63,711 nt of DNA, filler included, from Octopus bimaculoides (GCF_001194135.2; 6 parts of 6 records of this genome joined end to end with filler, not necessarily neighbours in it), one strand, 5' to 3'; shown: positions 41,170 through 54,117, numbered from the whole stretch's first letter. Notes: generated from the letters alone by a model not told the origin. Numbers and translations are program-made.

Positions 41170-42699
41170 TGTTAGTGAGTAAATTGTTCTGCAATGTAAT
41201 TGTTTCTTTATCAGCCTTCTTTTATTTGAGTGTTTATGTCACGTATATCAATACAAATTTGCGTTCAAAACTGTCGTTAATGTAGAAATCGACTCCAAAT
41301 TTCAGAACTCATTTCTGTAGTATTTCCTATATGAATATTATACCTCTATTTATAATAATTTCCCGTCCTTTGATATATGTACGATATAAATATATTGCAA
41401 CCTTTTTGGCAGATCTCTAAGCTTAGCATCAAAGAAATGAGTTACGAGTAGTGACAAACATGATGAGAACGGGCCCTTTTCGAAAATTTAACACGACACT
41501 TTTCTGTCTTCCTTTATTTTTCCTTTTATTCTAGACATTGTAGTCTGAGCCTAAAAGAATACAATATTACTCGCGACCTTTCCCATTTTTAACGCATGTA
41601 GATACGAATGCCCATTCTCTCCTGTCCACTACTACATTCAAACAGCCAGACAAAGTACTTCCACACAATCGTACACAACGTCTTGGAACATTATAGCGTC
41701 TGCTCATCGTGGCACAGCAAAGACCTAACTATAGATTTGTTTCCACGTCACACATCTACCAGCCAGGTCCAGTGAATGGCTTTGCTACCTCATGTTTAAG
41801 AGCATGAGTCTTAATTCTAATGATGCAACCTTCTTGTTTCACGATGAAGAAGTCCTTCGTCGACATTTTACTGTTCTGGAGCACTCTCTATGACCTTCGA
41901 AAATGTAGTGCTAATGTTCACCTTCTCGACATGCTATTTGGGGGAGATTATCTATGGAGTAGAAGGGGTGCGAGATGGATTTCAGGTTTAGTCTGCTACT
42001 TGGTTTAGTCCGCTAAAGACAGGAGTGAATGGGGTTATATTGGCCGTCCAGCCATATTAGTGCACTGGGGCGTTATTCTTATGGCCATTCAAACTTCTCG
42101 GATCGTTTTCAGATAACTGATTTGTTGGTCAAAAAGAGGCTGCTGATGGTGGAAAGGTTTCTAGTGTACGGACGTGAGGGGACGGGGAAAAGTTTCTACC
42201 AGGAAATTAATAAAATTATTCAAATCTAAATTTAAGAAGCAGGACAGCATTTGAGGAGACATTTCATATATATATATATTCGAAACGTCTAGATAGAATA
42301 GAGACAGCTGATGAAGGGATATTCCAAGTGGCTTTCCGTTTTCCTATGTGTTCGTTCCGTTGTCTGTAGTTTATTGTTCTAACGTCCTGTACCTTGATAT
42401 GCATATATATACACATGTAAATGTAAGTATGTACATATATGTGTGTATACATGTATATATATTCTTTGTATTATATATATATATATATNNNNNNNNNNNN
42501 NNNNNNNNNNNNNNNNNNNNNNNNNNNNNNNNNNNNNNNNNNNNNNNNNNNNNNNNNNNNNNNNNNNNNNNNNNNNNNNNNNNNNNNNNNNNNNNNNNNN
42601 NNNNNNNNNNNNNNNNNNNNNNNNNNNNNNNNNNNNNTATATATATGCATGTATTACAATGTTAACATCTTAGCTTACGATTCTTTTCTCTGTGACGTC

Positions 42700-43022
42700 C
42701 TGGGATGTAAATAAACAACGCTAGTTATAGCAGCAACTGAACTATATATTCTAAAATTTAAAATGGGAACAACTTGGAGTATGAGAACTGTAAAGGTCGT
42801 GCCTATAACAATTGGTGCGTTGAGAACAGTAAACAAAGATATAAACAAATGGCTGAAGGAGACTGGAACAGAAAACAATGTAGAGCTCCTACAGGAAGTT
42901 TGTCTGTTAGTGACAGCAAGGATTATCAGGAGGGTTCTAAGCACATACCCGAGGCACACAGAGCTGCGCTCGGTAGTGAAGTGAAAATATAAACGCTATA
43001 AAAATAAAACTACTGAATAATA
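42700..43022 (+). mobile_element. R4/Dong-like 3' fragment
   Basis: VKVVPITIGALRTV..ELLQEVCLLVTARIIRRVL, then the same cacacagagctgcgctcggtagtgaag tail as 24230-24281, then (AAT)n. Confidence 0.8.
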
Positions 43023-43619
43023 ATAATAATGTTGATGATGAGAATGGTGGTGGTGGTGGTAACTTTGTTTTGTTGCATTATTGAAGATGAGCGAGCTCTC
43101 ACTTTTTCTTCAACCATCATGTCTGTACACAGGGTTAGCATTCTAACTGCACATAACCTAAGGTCGATGTGGATGGAAGTTCACTTGTTTTACGATCACA
43201 GGTCACTGGATTTAGATGCATTGGCGATACAGAAGATCAGAAATTTGGTCTGATATGATATATGTCTGTGTAGTATTTGAATGTACTATAATATATCTTG
43301 ATTCCAACGACAGTAATACGCGATATCTCTTAAATATAGAAGCAGAAATGATGCAATATGTCGGACACCAGACGATTTACAATCCTAGAAGAGGTCATAG
43401 GAGGCTATTGATTATCGAGAAGCAGTTTAAAAAGAATGTTATTAATGTTCAACATAATGTTTCGAACTCACTCGAGAAGACCTGCTGCGTGCCCTTGTTG
43501 ATTCTGATCGCACAAAAGAAACAATACTCTTGGCGTATACATTCAAAGCACGAATAATAGAGGAAAATAACAACAACAACAGCAATAATAACAATAATAA
43601 TAATGATAATAGTAGTAAG

Positions 43620-43930
43620 AGGAGAGTGTCTGTCATTCCAGTAGTTGCAGGGAAACACGGAGCATTAACAACCAAGTTCGAGAAATATGTTAAAGAAATC
43701 ATAATTAGCATAAGTGCAGAGCAAGCTCAAAACACAGCTCTGCTGGGGACAGCTAGGATTTTGAGATTGCTACTTGGATGTTGAATATCTCCCACGATAA
43801 CTAACAACCAAATATCAAACTTTATAATTTGCAGAAAGATTCACTGTGAGGCCTCTGACGGCACGTTGCTGTCTGCTCTCACACAATCTACCAGAACAAT
43901 CAAGACCGAATCTTCTGAGAAGTAAAACAA
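43620..43930 (+). mobile_element. R4/Dong-like 3' fragment
   Basis: VIPVVAGKHGAL...EQAQNTALLGTARILRLLLGC*; lies between (AAC/AAT)n tracts. Confidence 0.75.
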
Positions 43931-43957
43931 AACAATAATAATAATAACAACAACAAC

Positions 43958-44495
43958 AAATGCTCTGATGTAGTACCAGGCAATGGCTCACGTGGCTTCT
44001 GATCTTGACTCGTTGGATGTGTCATTATTTTCTTTATATTTTGTCACGGTATAAAAGATGGGCTACATCAAATATTCTGCTCAATGCCACTGATTTACTT
44101 GTCAGTTGCTTGACCGTAACCACTTGAGTATGTCCTTTAGCGGCTCACGATATGTACATCTCTGATCAGGAGCAGAGGTAGTTGGGGAGCATTATAGCCA
44201 TGTGTTGAGAGAAATTCTTTGGAGTTTTGATAATTCACCTTTGGAAACATGAGTGTTTTGTTCAACATCGTTAAACAACCCTTATTTAGAGACATGAAGA
44301 AAATTCTAACTGGGCCCCAATTGGAAGGTCATGCGCTGTTTATCTTGATATGAGATCACTATGTCGCGCACATATGGTTGTGACGCATGTGCCTGATGTA
44401 GCCTTATCACACGGGTAGTCATGAATGCTATACTGGGCTCTGTTTATTTTACCCCAGTGTCACTTTGATAGCATGCACTGCTCTCGCACTCAATA
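43958..44495 (+). repeat. Unclassified non-coding interspersed repeat bounded by AAC/AAT tracts
   Basis: Complex sequence with no ORF, flanked by trinucleotide tracts; possibly a non-autonomous partner of the R4-like family (inference). Confidence 0.4.
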
Positions 44496-44522
44496 ATAAT
44501 AATAACAACAACAACGATAATG

Positions 44523-44601
<79 letters not shown>

Positions 44602-46048
44602 NNNNNNNNNNNNNNNNNNNNNNNNNNNNNNNNNNNNNNNNNNNNTTAATTAATTAANNNNNNNNNNNNNNNNNNNNNNNNNNNNNNNNNNNNNNNNNNN
44701 NGAATACTTATATATATCTCAGTCACACTGCGGTCATGCTGGAGTAGCGCCTTGGAGGAGTTTAGTCGAATGAATCGACCCCCAGAATATATTTTTAAAG
44801 CCTGATACATCGGATCTCTTTTGCCGAACTGCTAAGTTACTAGGACGTAAACACTATCTTTTAGTATTAAATTACTACTAGCCACATTGATAATTTATGA
44901 TTTCCAGTTTACCATTTTACAGAATCAGGCACTGATTCTTATGATACTTTCTATAAATTGACGAAGCGAGTTAGCTTAACCCTAGGCAACGTATTAATTC
45001 TATTCGAAATCCTCGATGATTTAACGTTCTCGCTTGCTGTAGGAGGGTTGTCTCCCTTGTCAATCAATAGATAGCGCTTTGCCCGTTGCTAAGAGCTGTT
45101 TTTACTTTTATTTCTAGCAATGATGGTGCTGACCTGTACCATACGTATGCCTCTTGGTCCTAAATTGCGACTAGTCATCTTAATAATTTGTGTGTGCGTG
45201 TGTCTTTGTGACTTGACAACGGCGTTGGCGTTGATTTTTTTTAGATGTTCCCCTAGACCTGAACTCCTCCTCTTATAAACCTTATCGTAAGCCCAACAAG
45301 AAACTTTCCTATATACATAAACAGTCGTGTCATCCCACCTGTAGTATTTAAAAATCTGATAATTAACATCAGTAACTGAGTTTCTAACCTCTCTTCCTCT
45401 AAAGCTTTTTCGGGAAGGCAACCCTTTACTACAACAATCCCCTTCCCAATAGTGGCTTTAAAGATAAGTTAATATATAACCCCTCTAATATTAATAGGAA
45501 TATTTTGTTTTAATATCTTGTGACTATGGAAGCAGGCATGAATGTGTCTATGGCTTACGATTGGCTAAAATTATTCCAAATTTTATTACGAAGATGAATT
45601 TCAAAGCAGTAATTAGCATATAAAACCACATCATTACACGGAATATGAAATCAATTTGAACAGGAATTGAAGAGTTGAAAGTTGGCAGCCAAACAAAAAA
45701 AATCCATCTCCCCACCTCTCTCTCTGTATATATATATATGTATAATATCATCCACTCGTCTATTCTTCCTTAATCTTCCTTAATTCCATTTTGTCTTGTT
45801 ACGCTCCGTCTATCTATACATCTCTCTGTCCTTCTGTCTCTCTGTCTTTGACTCCCTTTCTGTCTTTTTCAACCTTGCTTTATCCCCCGACAAAAGACTC
45901 GTAATTCTAATACAGTATTTACTCTTAGGTAGTAAGGTGAAGAAGAACGTCTTTAGAAAAGGTAGGTGTCTCTATACACGCTAGAGGGGAAGCAGGGTTG
46001 CATCCAGATCATGATGTCAGAAAAAAGAGGTATGTGTGACGGGGACAG

Positions 46049-46670
46049 GGATCCTGTTCAAAACGGGGGCACCAGTTTTCATTAATGTTTTATGTAGTGT
46101 TTTTGGTACCAAAAGACTTTCAAACTTCGTATAGTTATCTATTTTGTGTTATAGAACAGAAAAAAATTTTTGTATTCGAATTTATTTCATGTAAAAAATT
46201 GTCTTATTTCGATAATTTCAACCAATCACTGACAAGTATTCAGCTGTTTATACTTACTCCTTTGGCTGTTTAAGCGGTGTAAAGCGTATTTAATCTCCAT
46301 TTATAATTTCGTTAACATCTGCCTGAACTGTATGAAAGGTTTATTAGCTACTGCCTAACCCTAACCCTAACCCTACTGCCAATATGCTTCAGCCATTTTT
46401 TGACAAGGAAATAATAATTTTATTACCGCCAGAATCGTTTGAGAATCGTTTGTTTACGTAGTCAGCACTTAATGTATTCGGCTGAATGGATGTCAGTCAT
46501 TGGTTGAAATTACAGAAATACAACTTTAACATGAAATAACTTGCGATGTACGTTTTTTTGTTAAGAAGACTTAGAGAAAAAGATGTTTTATATGACACAT
46601 TCTACCAGTGTCCCAAGTTTCAAAGTGTTTCGTTAAGAAAATACTGGTGCCCCCGTTTTGAACAAGATCC
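46049..46670. mobile_element. MITE with about 28-bp TIRs and an 8-bp TSD, Merlin-like; contains (CCCTAA)3
   Basis: Left end ggatcctgttcaaaacgggggcaccagt; right end reverse complement ggatcttgttcaaaacgggggcaccagt. Perfect TSD ggggacag at 46041-46048 and 46671-46678. GG termini with an 8-9 bp TSD fit Merlin. Confidence 0.8.
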
Positions 46671-46708
46671 GGGGACAGTTTTTGCTTTTAAATGTATAAC
46701 ATGTATAT

Positions 46709-47183
46709 AGGTGCAGGAGTGGCTGTGTGGTAAGTAGCTTGCTTACCAACCACATGGTTCTGGGTTCATTCCCACTGCGTGGCACCTTGGGCAAGTGTCT
46801 TCTACTATAGCCTCGGNNNNNNNNNNCCCACTGCGTGGCACCTTGGGCAAGTGTCTTCTACTATAGCCTCGGGCCGACCAAAGCCTTGTGAGTGGATTTG
46901 GTAGACGGAAACTGAAAAGAAGCCCGTCGTATATATGTATACATATATATATGTATGTATGTGTGTGTATATGTTTGTCCCCCCAACATCGCTTGACAAC
47001 CGATGCTGGTGTGTTTACGTCCCCGTAACTTAGTGGTTCGGCAAAAGAGATCGATAGAATAAGTACTAGGCTTCCAAAGAATAAGTCCTGGGGTCGATTT
47101 ACTCGACTAAATAAGGCGGTGCTCCAGCATGGCCGCAGTCAAATGACTGAAACAAGTAAAAGAGTAAAAGAAAGTAAAAGAGT
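46709..47183 (+). mobile_element. SINE family A, full length (head, core, internal TA/TG tract, tail ending in gagtaaaa repeats)
   Basis: Matches the copies at 29 and 58592. Tail fragments recur at about 29490-29680, 38986-39065, 44715-44850, 55460-55640 and 58352-58460. Confidence 0.9.
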
Positions 47184-50100
47184 AACACTTCCATTCCACT
47201 GCCGCAGAATGACTCATAAAAAACATGAAGGCTATCCGCATTCACTGACACCCAGCTGAGCTTTTCATTTACTTTTCTTACTTTGTCAGGTTTATATCGN
47301 NNNNNNNNNNNNNNNNNNNNNNNNNNNNNNNNNNNNNNNNNNNNNNNNNNNNNNNNNNNNNNNNNNNNNNNNNNNNNNNNNNNNNNNNNNNNNNNNNNNN
47401 NNNNNNNNNNNNNNNNNNNNNNNNNNNNNNNNNNNNNNNNNNNNNNNNNNNNNNNNNNNNNNNNNNNNNNNNNNNNNNNNNNNNNNNNGTTGGGGGACGA
47501 GCACATGATCAAAGACACACACACACACACTTCAACTACGGTAGTAGTTGTATAATATTCTTAACGTAGCTTTTTGTCACCGTCGGCGTCTTTCAAGCAG
47601 TCTCACTAATTCAGTTTTAATCGAAATCAAGTTTAGTATTTTGAATTATGTTTGAATAATGAATTTTGGATTATGAGGTGACGAACCGATAGATAGACCG
47701 TTAGGAGCTCACAATCAAAAGTGCTGTATCGTCGCTCAGCTGGTTGCAGTTGGCAAGAAAAGAAAGCCAGAGGTCGAGTACGATCGTCCACTGTGCTGCA
47801 GCACAGCGCCAATCGCAGTGTCTGATGCATCTACAGTTAAAGAGAGAGAAGCACCAGGAACCGGATGTACAAGCAAAGGAACAGAAGCTAACTCCTTGAT
47901 GGGCTCAAAAGCTGTCAGTGCCTCAACGGAGAGGGTGGCTTGACCGTCCTTTCTAGGGGTGTCCTTTAATAGCTTGGTGAGAGGAAGTAGCTTATCTGCA
48001 CAACCGGGAATGAAACGTCTATAGAAATTGACCATCCCTAGATAATGCCTTAGCTGGCGCAAAGAAGTAGGAGGTGCGATGCGCTGAATTGCATCGACTT
48101 TAGACGAGAGAGTTTTGATGCCAGTCGAATCAATATGATGGCCGAGAAAATCAAGAGAAGATTGCCCGAACACACACTTGCCTGGATTAACGCGCACACC
48201 ACAGTCGCGAAGACGCTGAAAAAGCTGAGACAAGTGCCAGAGATGATTCTCATGTGTGTCGCTTGCGATGAGGATATCATCGACATAAGCGAACACAAAG
48301 TCAAGNNNNNNNNNNNNNNNNNNNNNNNNNNNNNNNNNNNNNNNNNNNNNNNNNNNNNNNNNNNNNNNNNNNNNNNNNNNNNNNNNNNNNNNNNNNNNNN
48401 NNNNNNNNNNNNNNNNNNNNNNNNNNNNNNNNNNNNNNNNNNNNNNNNNNNNNNNNNNNNNNNNNNNNNNNNNNNNNNNNNNNNNNNNNNNNNNNNNNNN
48501 NNNNNNNNNNNNNNNNNNNNNNNNNNNNNNNNNNNNNNNNNNNNNNNNNNNNNNNNNNNNNNNNNNNNNNNNNNNNNNNNNNNNNNNNNNNNNNNNNNNN
48601 NNNNNNNNNNNNNNNNNNNNNNNNNNNNNNNNNNNNNNNNNNNNNNNNNNNNNNNNNNNNNNNNNNNNCTAAATGAAGAGGAGATGCCCAAGGGCTGGTG
48701 GAGGGGCGTATCAGGCCAAGTTGGTGCTCAAACTCTGCCCTAGCCATTTTGAGACGGTCAGGTACAAGGCGCCGAGTGCGTGAAAAAATAGGCGGTCCAG
48801 TGGTGATAATAAAATGGAGTGTCGAGTGCATGGGCTTAGCACACTGAAAGGTAATGTCTACAAGCTTTGGAAAAGTAGACAGGAGAGAATGAAAAACATC
48901 TCCAGAGGTGGCAACAAAAATGCCGGACTAAGAACAGCATTGGTAGATCCTGTAGTTGGCGTAGAGAGCGAAATTGAACTGTCGACGAACCTCCGATGCC
49001 TGACATCTACCAATAAATCAAAATGATTTAGAAAATCAGCACCCAAAATAGGATGCGGAATGTCAGCAATGACAAAAACCCATTGAAAATCTCGACGAAG
49101 ATTAATGTCGAGTCGCAGAGGAATCTGACCGAAGGTGGCTATGGGAGACGAGTCGATAGCGTGCAGAACAATAGAAGAGCGTTTTGGCTTGTCTGTAGTT
49201 AGACGAAGAGGCCAAATACTGCAAAAAGAACCGGTGTCAACCATGAAGAAATTCTTAGACACGCGATCTCTAACAAAAAATGTACGATAAGTAGTAAAAC
49301 CTGAAGAAATTGACGTGCTCAGTTCCTTCTGGACTCGTTTCCCGAGCTCCTAAAGCTGCAAGGCTGAATACACTTATGAGCTTTGTCGCCAAATATGTCA
49401 TGATACCAACATAGAGCAGTGCGCGACGGAGAAGCACAAGAGGTAGAGCGACCACGACTGCGACTGCGCGAGCGGGAAAGACGCTTGCTACTGCGGCATA
49501 ACGCGTCCATTCTTTTAGTAAGAGCGTCCAGCTTGGCAGAAAGGTCATCATGTGACGGAAAGGAAAATTTACTGAGGCTGCTGAAGGGGCCTCAGAGCAG
49601 ACGCAAGCACCACGCAACGATGGCTGCTCAGAGAATTCAAGAATTTTGTCCGCCATAGTGGCGATTTGGTCCACAGTGTTGAACTCAAGGGCTGTGGTCA
49701 GATTTACTTTGAAAGAAAATTTTCCTAAGAAGAGGCGCGTCAGCGGAGTTCCCGCTTAACTCACGCAAGCGGCGCAAAAACTGTGACGGGGTCCTGTCTC
49801 CTAGCTGCTCGTCCGCCATTAGCTCGTTAAACTTACTTTCTTCAGACCGTGTGTTGCGTCGAAGAATTTCCGCATAGGTGACGTCTGGGCTAGGATCTGT
49901 AATGAGATCTCTAGCAGATGTGGCCAGTTGAGGAGGCATGCTACAATAAAGGAGGTGTAATTGTTGAATCGCAGAAACGCCATGTGCCGAAAAATGGGCT
50001 TCTACTTGTGCGAACCACAGAGTCGCATCTCCCGTAAATANNNNNNNNNNTTCAGACCGTGTGTTGCGTCGAAGAATTTCCGCATAGGTGACGTCTGGGC

Positions 50101-50929
50101 TAGGATCTGTAATGAGATCTCTAGCAGATGTGGCCAGTTGAGGAGGCATGCTACAATAAAGGAGGTGTAATTGTTGAATCGCAGAAACGCCATGTGCCGA
50201 AAAATGGGCTTCTACTTGTGCGAACCACAGAGTCGCATCTCCCGTAAATAAAGTAAGCTTGGAACAGACATGTTTCTTCGAGGCGCCTGTCACAGGGAAA
50301 GGAAAACGAATGGAAGTAAAACTACGAGAAAGGAACAAAGAGAATTGAGATGAAACACGAGAAGCGGAGAAAAACCGACGAGCAAACCGACAAAATGTGT
50401 TTGTGGAGTGGTGAGTGCACAAAAGGAGAAAAGAAAAATAGAAATTGTGAGAAACAATTTTGTGTATCGTGTACTGTATGCAGAGAGAAAAAAACGGTTT
50501 TTCTTTTTATTCTGTATTCGTCGCTCTGAAAAAGGAAAAGAAATGAAACAAGGAAAACAAACACCAAATTATCAATGTGCGTGTGTGTTGTTTTCGTTCT
50601 GTTTCGTCTCTTTTCTTTTATTTTTAGTGTTTTGTTTTCTCTCTTTTATTCCTTTTATATTGAACGTCCATTTGTGTGTAATGTCGGTTGCGGCAAACAC
50701 TCAGTGTGCTTCTGTGAACTGGTAAAACGTTTACATCTGTTCTTTTTTTTCACTGCTCCTGGTACACGAACATACAGACACTGTCCGTGTCCACGATTTG
50801 GTATCGTCTGTTTGACTTCATTGCTTCTAGTGAAAGCTGTGTAACACGTGGCGGAAGGAGGAAAAATATGGCTGCGGGAAGAAGAAAATGACGGCTATGG
50901 CTCTTCGCAGAAGGTTGAATGTTCGAGTC

Positions 50930-50941
50930 TCGGGGTCATCA
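50930..50941 (-). promoter_or_regulatory. Primer-binding site, tRNA-Trp type
   Basis: TGATGACCCCGA is one mismatch from TGGTGACCCCGA, the complement of the eukaryotic tRNA-Trp 3' end. tRNA-Trp priming is reported for the CsRn1 lineage. Confidence 0.8.
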
Positions 50942-50943
50942 AT

Positions 50944-51375
50944 TGTAACAGGATGAGAGATTCTCGTACTGGATGAGTGCTGCTCGCATCGTTCACATTA
51001 AATATTAATTGAAGAAAGAGTCAAGAGTTTCGTTAACTTCAACAGTATAAATATTTATTCTTTGATTCGCAATATAAAACATTTCCTTCTTCTAGGCGAA
51101 TCGGCAACCTAGGAGCTTATCGGTAGTGGTCTAGTGGAGTGAGTCAGTCCTGCCCGTTCATGCATAGCGGGGATGCGCCACGAGGTAGCACCTCGAGAGA
51201 GCTGCTGGAGACACGTCTGTATCGTTCAGCTGCTAGCGTAAGAAAAAAAAGACACAAGAGAATTTCGCTGCTGCTAGTTTTCTGCGCATGCGCATGAGGG
51301 AACTTCCGGCAGGCCTTCCGGAAGATTCCAACCCTGCGCATGCGTGCTGGAGATTTCCAAGCTGGCGTCACTACA
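50944..51375 (-). repeat. 5' LTR (432 bp) of the Gypsy element
   Basis: Minus strand starts TGTAGTGAC and ends TGTTACA, contains GAATAAA, and is followed after 2 nt by the PBS. Confidence 0.85.
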
Positions 51376-51382
51376 CATGTAC

Positions 51383-51429
<47 letters not shown>

Positions 51430-52497
51430 AACGTGTATGCATGTCTTCGCGTTTTGCATGTGTATTTTGTGTGTGAGTATACGGGTTTNNNNNNNNNNNN
51501 NNNNNNNNNNNNNNNNNNNNNNNNNNNNNNNNNNNNNNNNNNNNNNNNNNNNNNNNNNNNNNNNNNNNNNNNNNNNNNNNNNNNNNNNNNNNNNNNNNNN
51601 NNNNNNNNNNNNNNNNNNNNNNNNNNNNNNNNNNNNNNNNNNNNNNNNNNNNNNNNNNNNNNNNNNNNNNNNNNNNNNNNNNNNNNNNNNNNNNNNNNNN
51701 NNNNNNNNNNNNNNNNNNNNNNNNNNNNNNNNNNNNNNNNNNNNNNNNNNNNNNNNNNNNNNNNNNNNNNNNNNNNNNNNNNNNNNNNNNNNNNNNNNNN
51801 NNNNNNNNNNNNNNNNNNNNNNNNNNNNNNNNNNNNNNNNNNNNNNNNNNNNNNNNNNNNNNNNNNNNNNNNNNNNNNNNNNNNNNNNNNNNNNNNNNNN
51901 NNNNNNNNNNNNNNNNNNNNNNNNNNNNNNNNNNNNNNNNNNNNNNNNNNNNNNNNNNNNNNNNNNNNNNNNNNNNNNNNNNNNNNNNNNNNNNNNNNNN
52001 NNNNNNNNNNNNNNNNNNNNNNNNNNNNNNNNNNNNNNNNNNNNNNNNNNNNNNNNNNNNNNNNNNNNNNNNNNNNNNNNNNNNNNNNNNNNNNNNNNNN
52101 NNNNNNNNNNNNNNNNNNNNNNNNNNNNNNNNNNNNNNNNNNNNNNNNNNNNNNNNNNNNNNNNNNNNNNNNNNNNNNNNNNNNNNNNNNNNNNNNNNNN
52201 NNNNNNNNNNNNNNNNNNNNNNNNNNNNNNNNNNNNNNNNNNNNNNNNNNNNNNNNNNNNNNNNNNNNNNNNNNNNNNNNNNNNNNNNNNNNNNNNNNNN
52301 NNNNNNNNNNNNNNNNNNNNNNNNNNNNNNNNNNNNNNNNNNNNNNNNNNNNNNNNNNNNNNNNNNNNNNNNNNNNNNNNNNNNNNNNNNATATATATAT
52401 ATATATATATATACATAGAGAAAGAGAGAAAGAGAGAGGGAGAGGGAGTTATGCTTAAGGAATGATCGCTTTTCCCCTTCTGTTAAAAATCTGACTT

Positions 52498-52655
52498 AGG
52501 CGGTGAGCTGGCAGAATCGTTACCACGCCGGACAAAATGTTAAGAGTCATTCCGTTCGTCTTCACGTTATGAGTTCAAATTTTGCAGAAGCCGACTTCGC
52601 CTTTCATCCTCCGGGGTCGATGAAATAAGTACCAGTTGTAATCGACTAGACCTAC
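52498..52655 (+). mobile_element. SINE family C (CORE/MIR-like)
   Basis: aggcggtgagctggcagaatcgttacc...gagttcaaattttgcagaagccgacttcgcctttcatcc..ggggtcgatgaaataagtacc. Confidence 0.8.
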
Positions 52656-52689
52656 ACACCATTTCCCCCCATCAAAAAAGCAAGAAACG

Positions 52690-53082
52690 AAATTCAGATA
52701 CTCAATCCCTCTTCTTTTTTTTTTAATCTATGAACCCCTTTGATTACTATTTTATTCTGGTGGACCCCCATAGCCATTTGATGTTTCAAAACTAGTTCTA
52801 TGGAAACTTCTTTCAAAATTCCCATTTTGTTTTCCACACATTAACTTGTATAGGTTGAATTATGTAAAACATTAGAGAAAGAAACTTAGGATCTATTCAT
52901 CCGAAACATAGCTGTTTCTTGCAATACATACCAATACATACATCTAAAGCAAATTTTTTTAGGGGCCCTTAAAATGCTATTGCAAAGTCCCAATTTACTA
53001 TTTTGTTGTATGGACCCCACAAAATGTTATATGGACCTTCGGAGGCCATATGGACCCCCCCCCCACCAGTTGAGAACCACTG
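52690..53082. mobile_element. Truncated hAT/Charlie-like MITE (right TIR only)
   Basis: Ends ccagttgagaaccactg with repeated ggacccc subterminal motifs; left TIR not found. Confidence 0.45.
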
Positions 53083-53531
53083 CTGAAGAAAAAAAAAAAA
53101 TTAAAATCTGCCTTCCCCTTTTTCCTTTACTCCCTAATGTCTTCCCCGCCCTATGAACATACTCTAATACCATACACCAGTCTCTCTCTCTCTCTCTCTT
53201 CTCTTTTTCTTTATCATTCAATCATTGGCACAATCTCTATACCTGTTTTACTGAATTGCGTCATCCTATTTTCTCCTCTCTATATTTAGATCTCTTTTTC
53301 TTTTTCCTACCATCGAGTCTCTTAATTAATTAATCACGTTATCTCTTCCTCTCTAACCCGTTTTTTAATTCCTCCCTATATTTCATTGTCTGCTCTCTTA
53401 ATCGCTAAGTGACTATTGACTGTTACTCTCTCCTATCAATTATTTATCTAGTACATTGTATGGTGCTGCTTTCTCCTTCTGCATTTATGTAGTGTGTTAC
53501 AGAAAGGGTTTGAAAACAATAAAAGAAAGAC

Positions 53532-53600
<69 letters not shown>

Positions 53601-54117
53601 NNNNNNNNNNNNNNNNNNNNNNNNNNNNNNNNNNNNNNNNNNNNNNNNNNNNNNNNNNNNNNNNNNNNNNNNNNNNNNNNNNNNNNNNNNNNNNNNNNNN
53701 NNNNNNNNNNNNNNNNNNNNNNNNNNNNNNNNNNNNNNNNNNNNNNNNNNNNNNNNNNNNNNNNNNNNNNNNNNNNNNNNNNNNNNNNNNNNNNNNNNNN
53801 NNNNNNNNNNNNNNNNNNNNNNNNNNNNNNNNNNNNNNNNNNNNNNNNNNNNNNNNNNNNNNNNNNNNNNNNNNNNNNNNNNNNNNNNNNNNNNNNNNNN
53901 NNNNNNNNNNNNNNNNNNNNNNNNNNNNNNNNNNNNNNNNNNNNNNNNNNNNNNNNNNNNNNNNNNNNNNNNNNNNNNNNNNNNNNNNNNNNNNNNNNNN
54001 NNNNNNNNNNNNNNNNNNNNNNNNNNNNNNNNNNNNNNNNNNNNNNNNNNNNNNNNNNNNNNNNNNNNNNNNNNNNNNNNNNNNNNNNNNNNNNNNNNNN
54101 NNNNNNNNNNNNNNNNN

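Larger units (their letters stand above)
47690..51375 (-). mobile_element. Gypsy (CsRn1-like) LTR retrotransposon, 3'-truncated: 5' LTR, PBS, gag, protease, RT and partial RNase H; no integrase or 3' LTR
   Basis: Gag DATLWFAQVEAHF, LGDRTPSQFLRRLREL and CHCC motif CWYHDIFGDKAHKCIQPC. Protease FMVDTGS and PILGADFLNHFDL. RT IRPSTSPWASPLH, YVDDILIAS and LGMVNFYRRFIP. RNase H TVDASDTAIGAVLQ and ERRYSTFDCELL. Several frameshifts. Confidence 0.95.

Noticed and set aside
41560-42230. Complex minus-strand sequence resembling a decayed L1/Tx1-like LINE
   Set aside because: No diagnostic motif could be read with confidence.
45089-45421. 110-aa minus-strand ORF as a host gene
   Set aside because: No start or splice support. 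WDDTTVYV and KINANAVVKS may be a heavily decayed LINE RT, too weak to call.
49842-50249. Duplicated gag N-terminal segment as a novel domain architecture
   Set aside because: Identical copies flank a 10-N gap; artefact.
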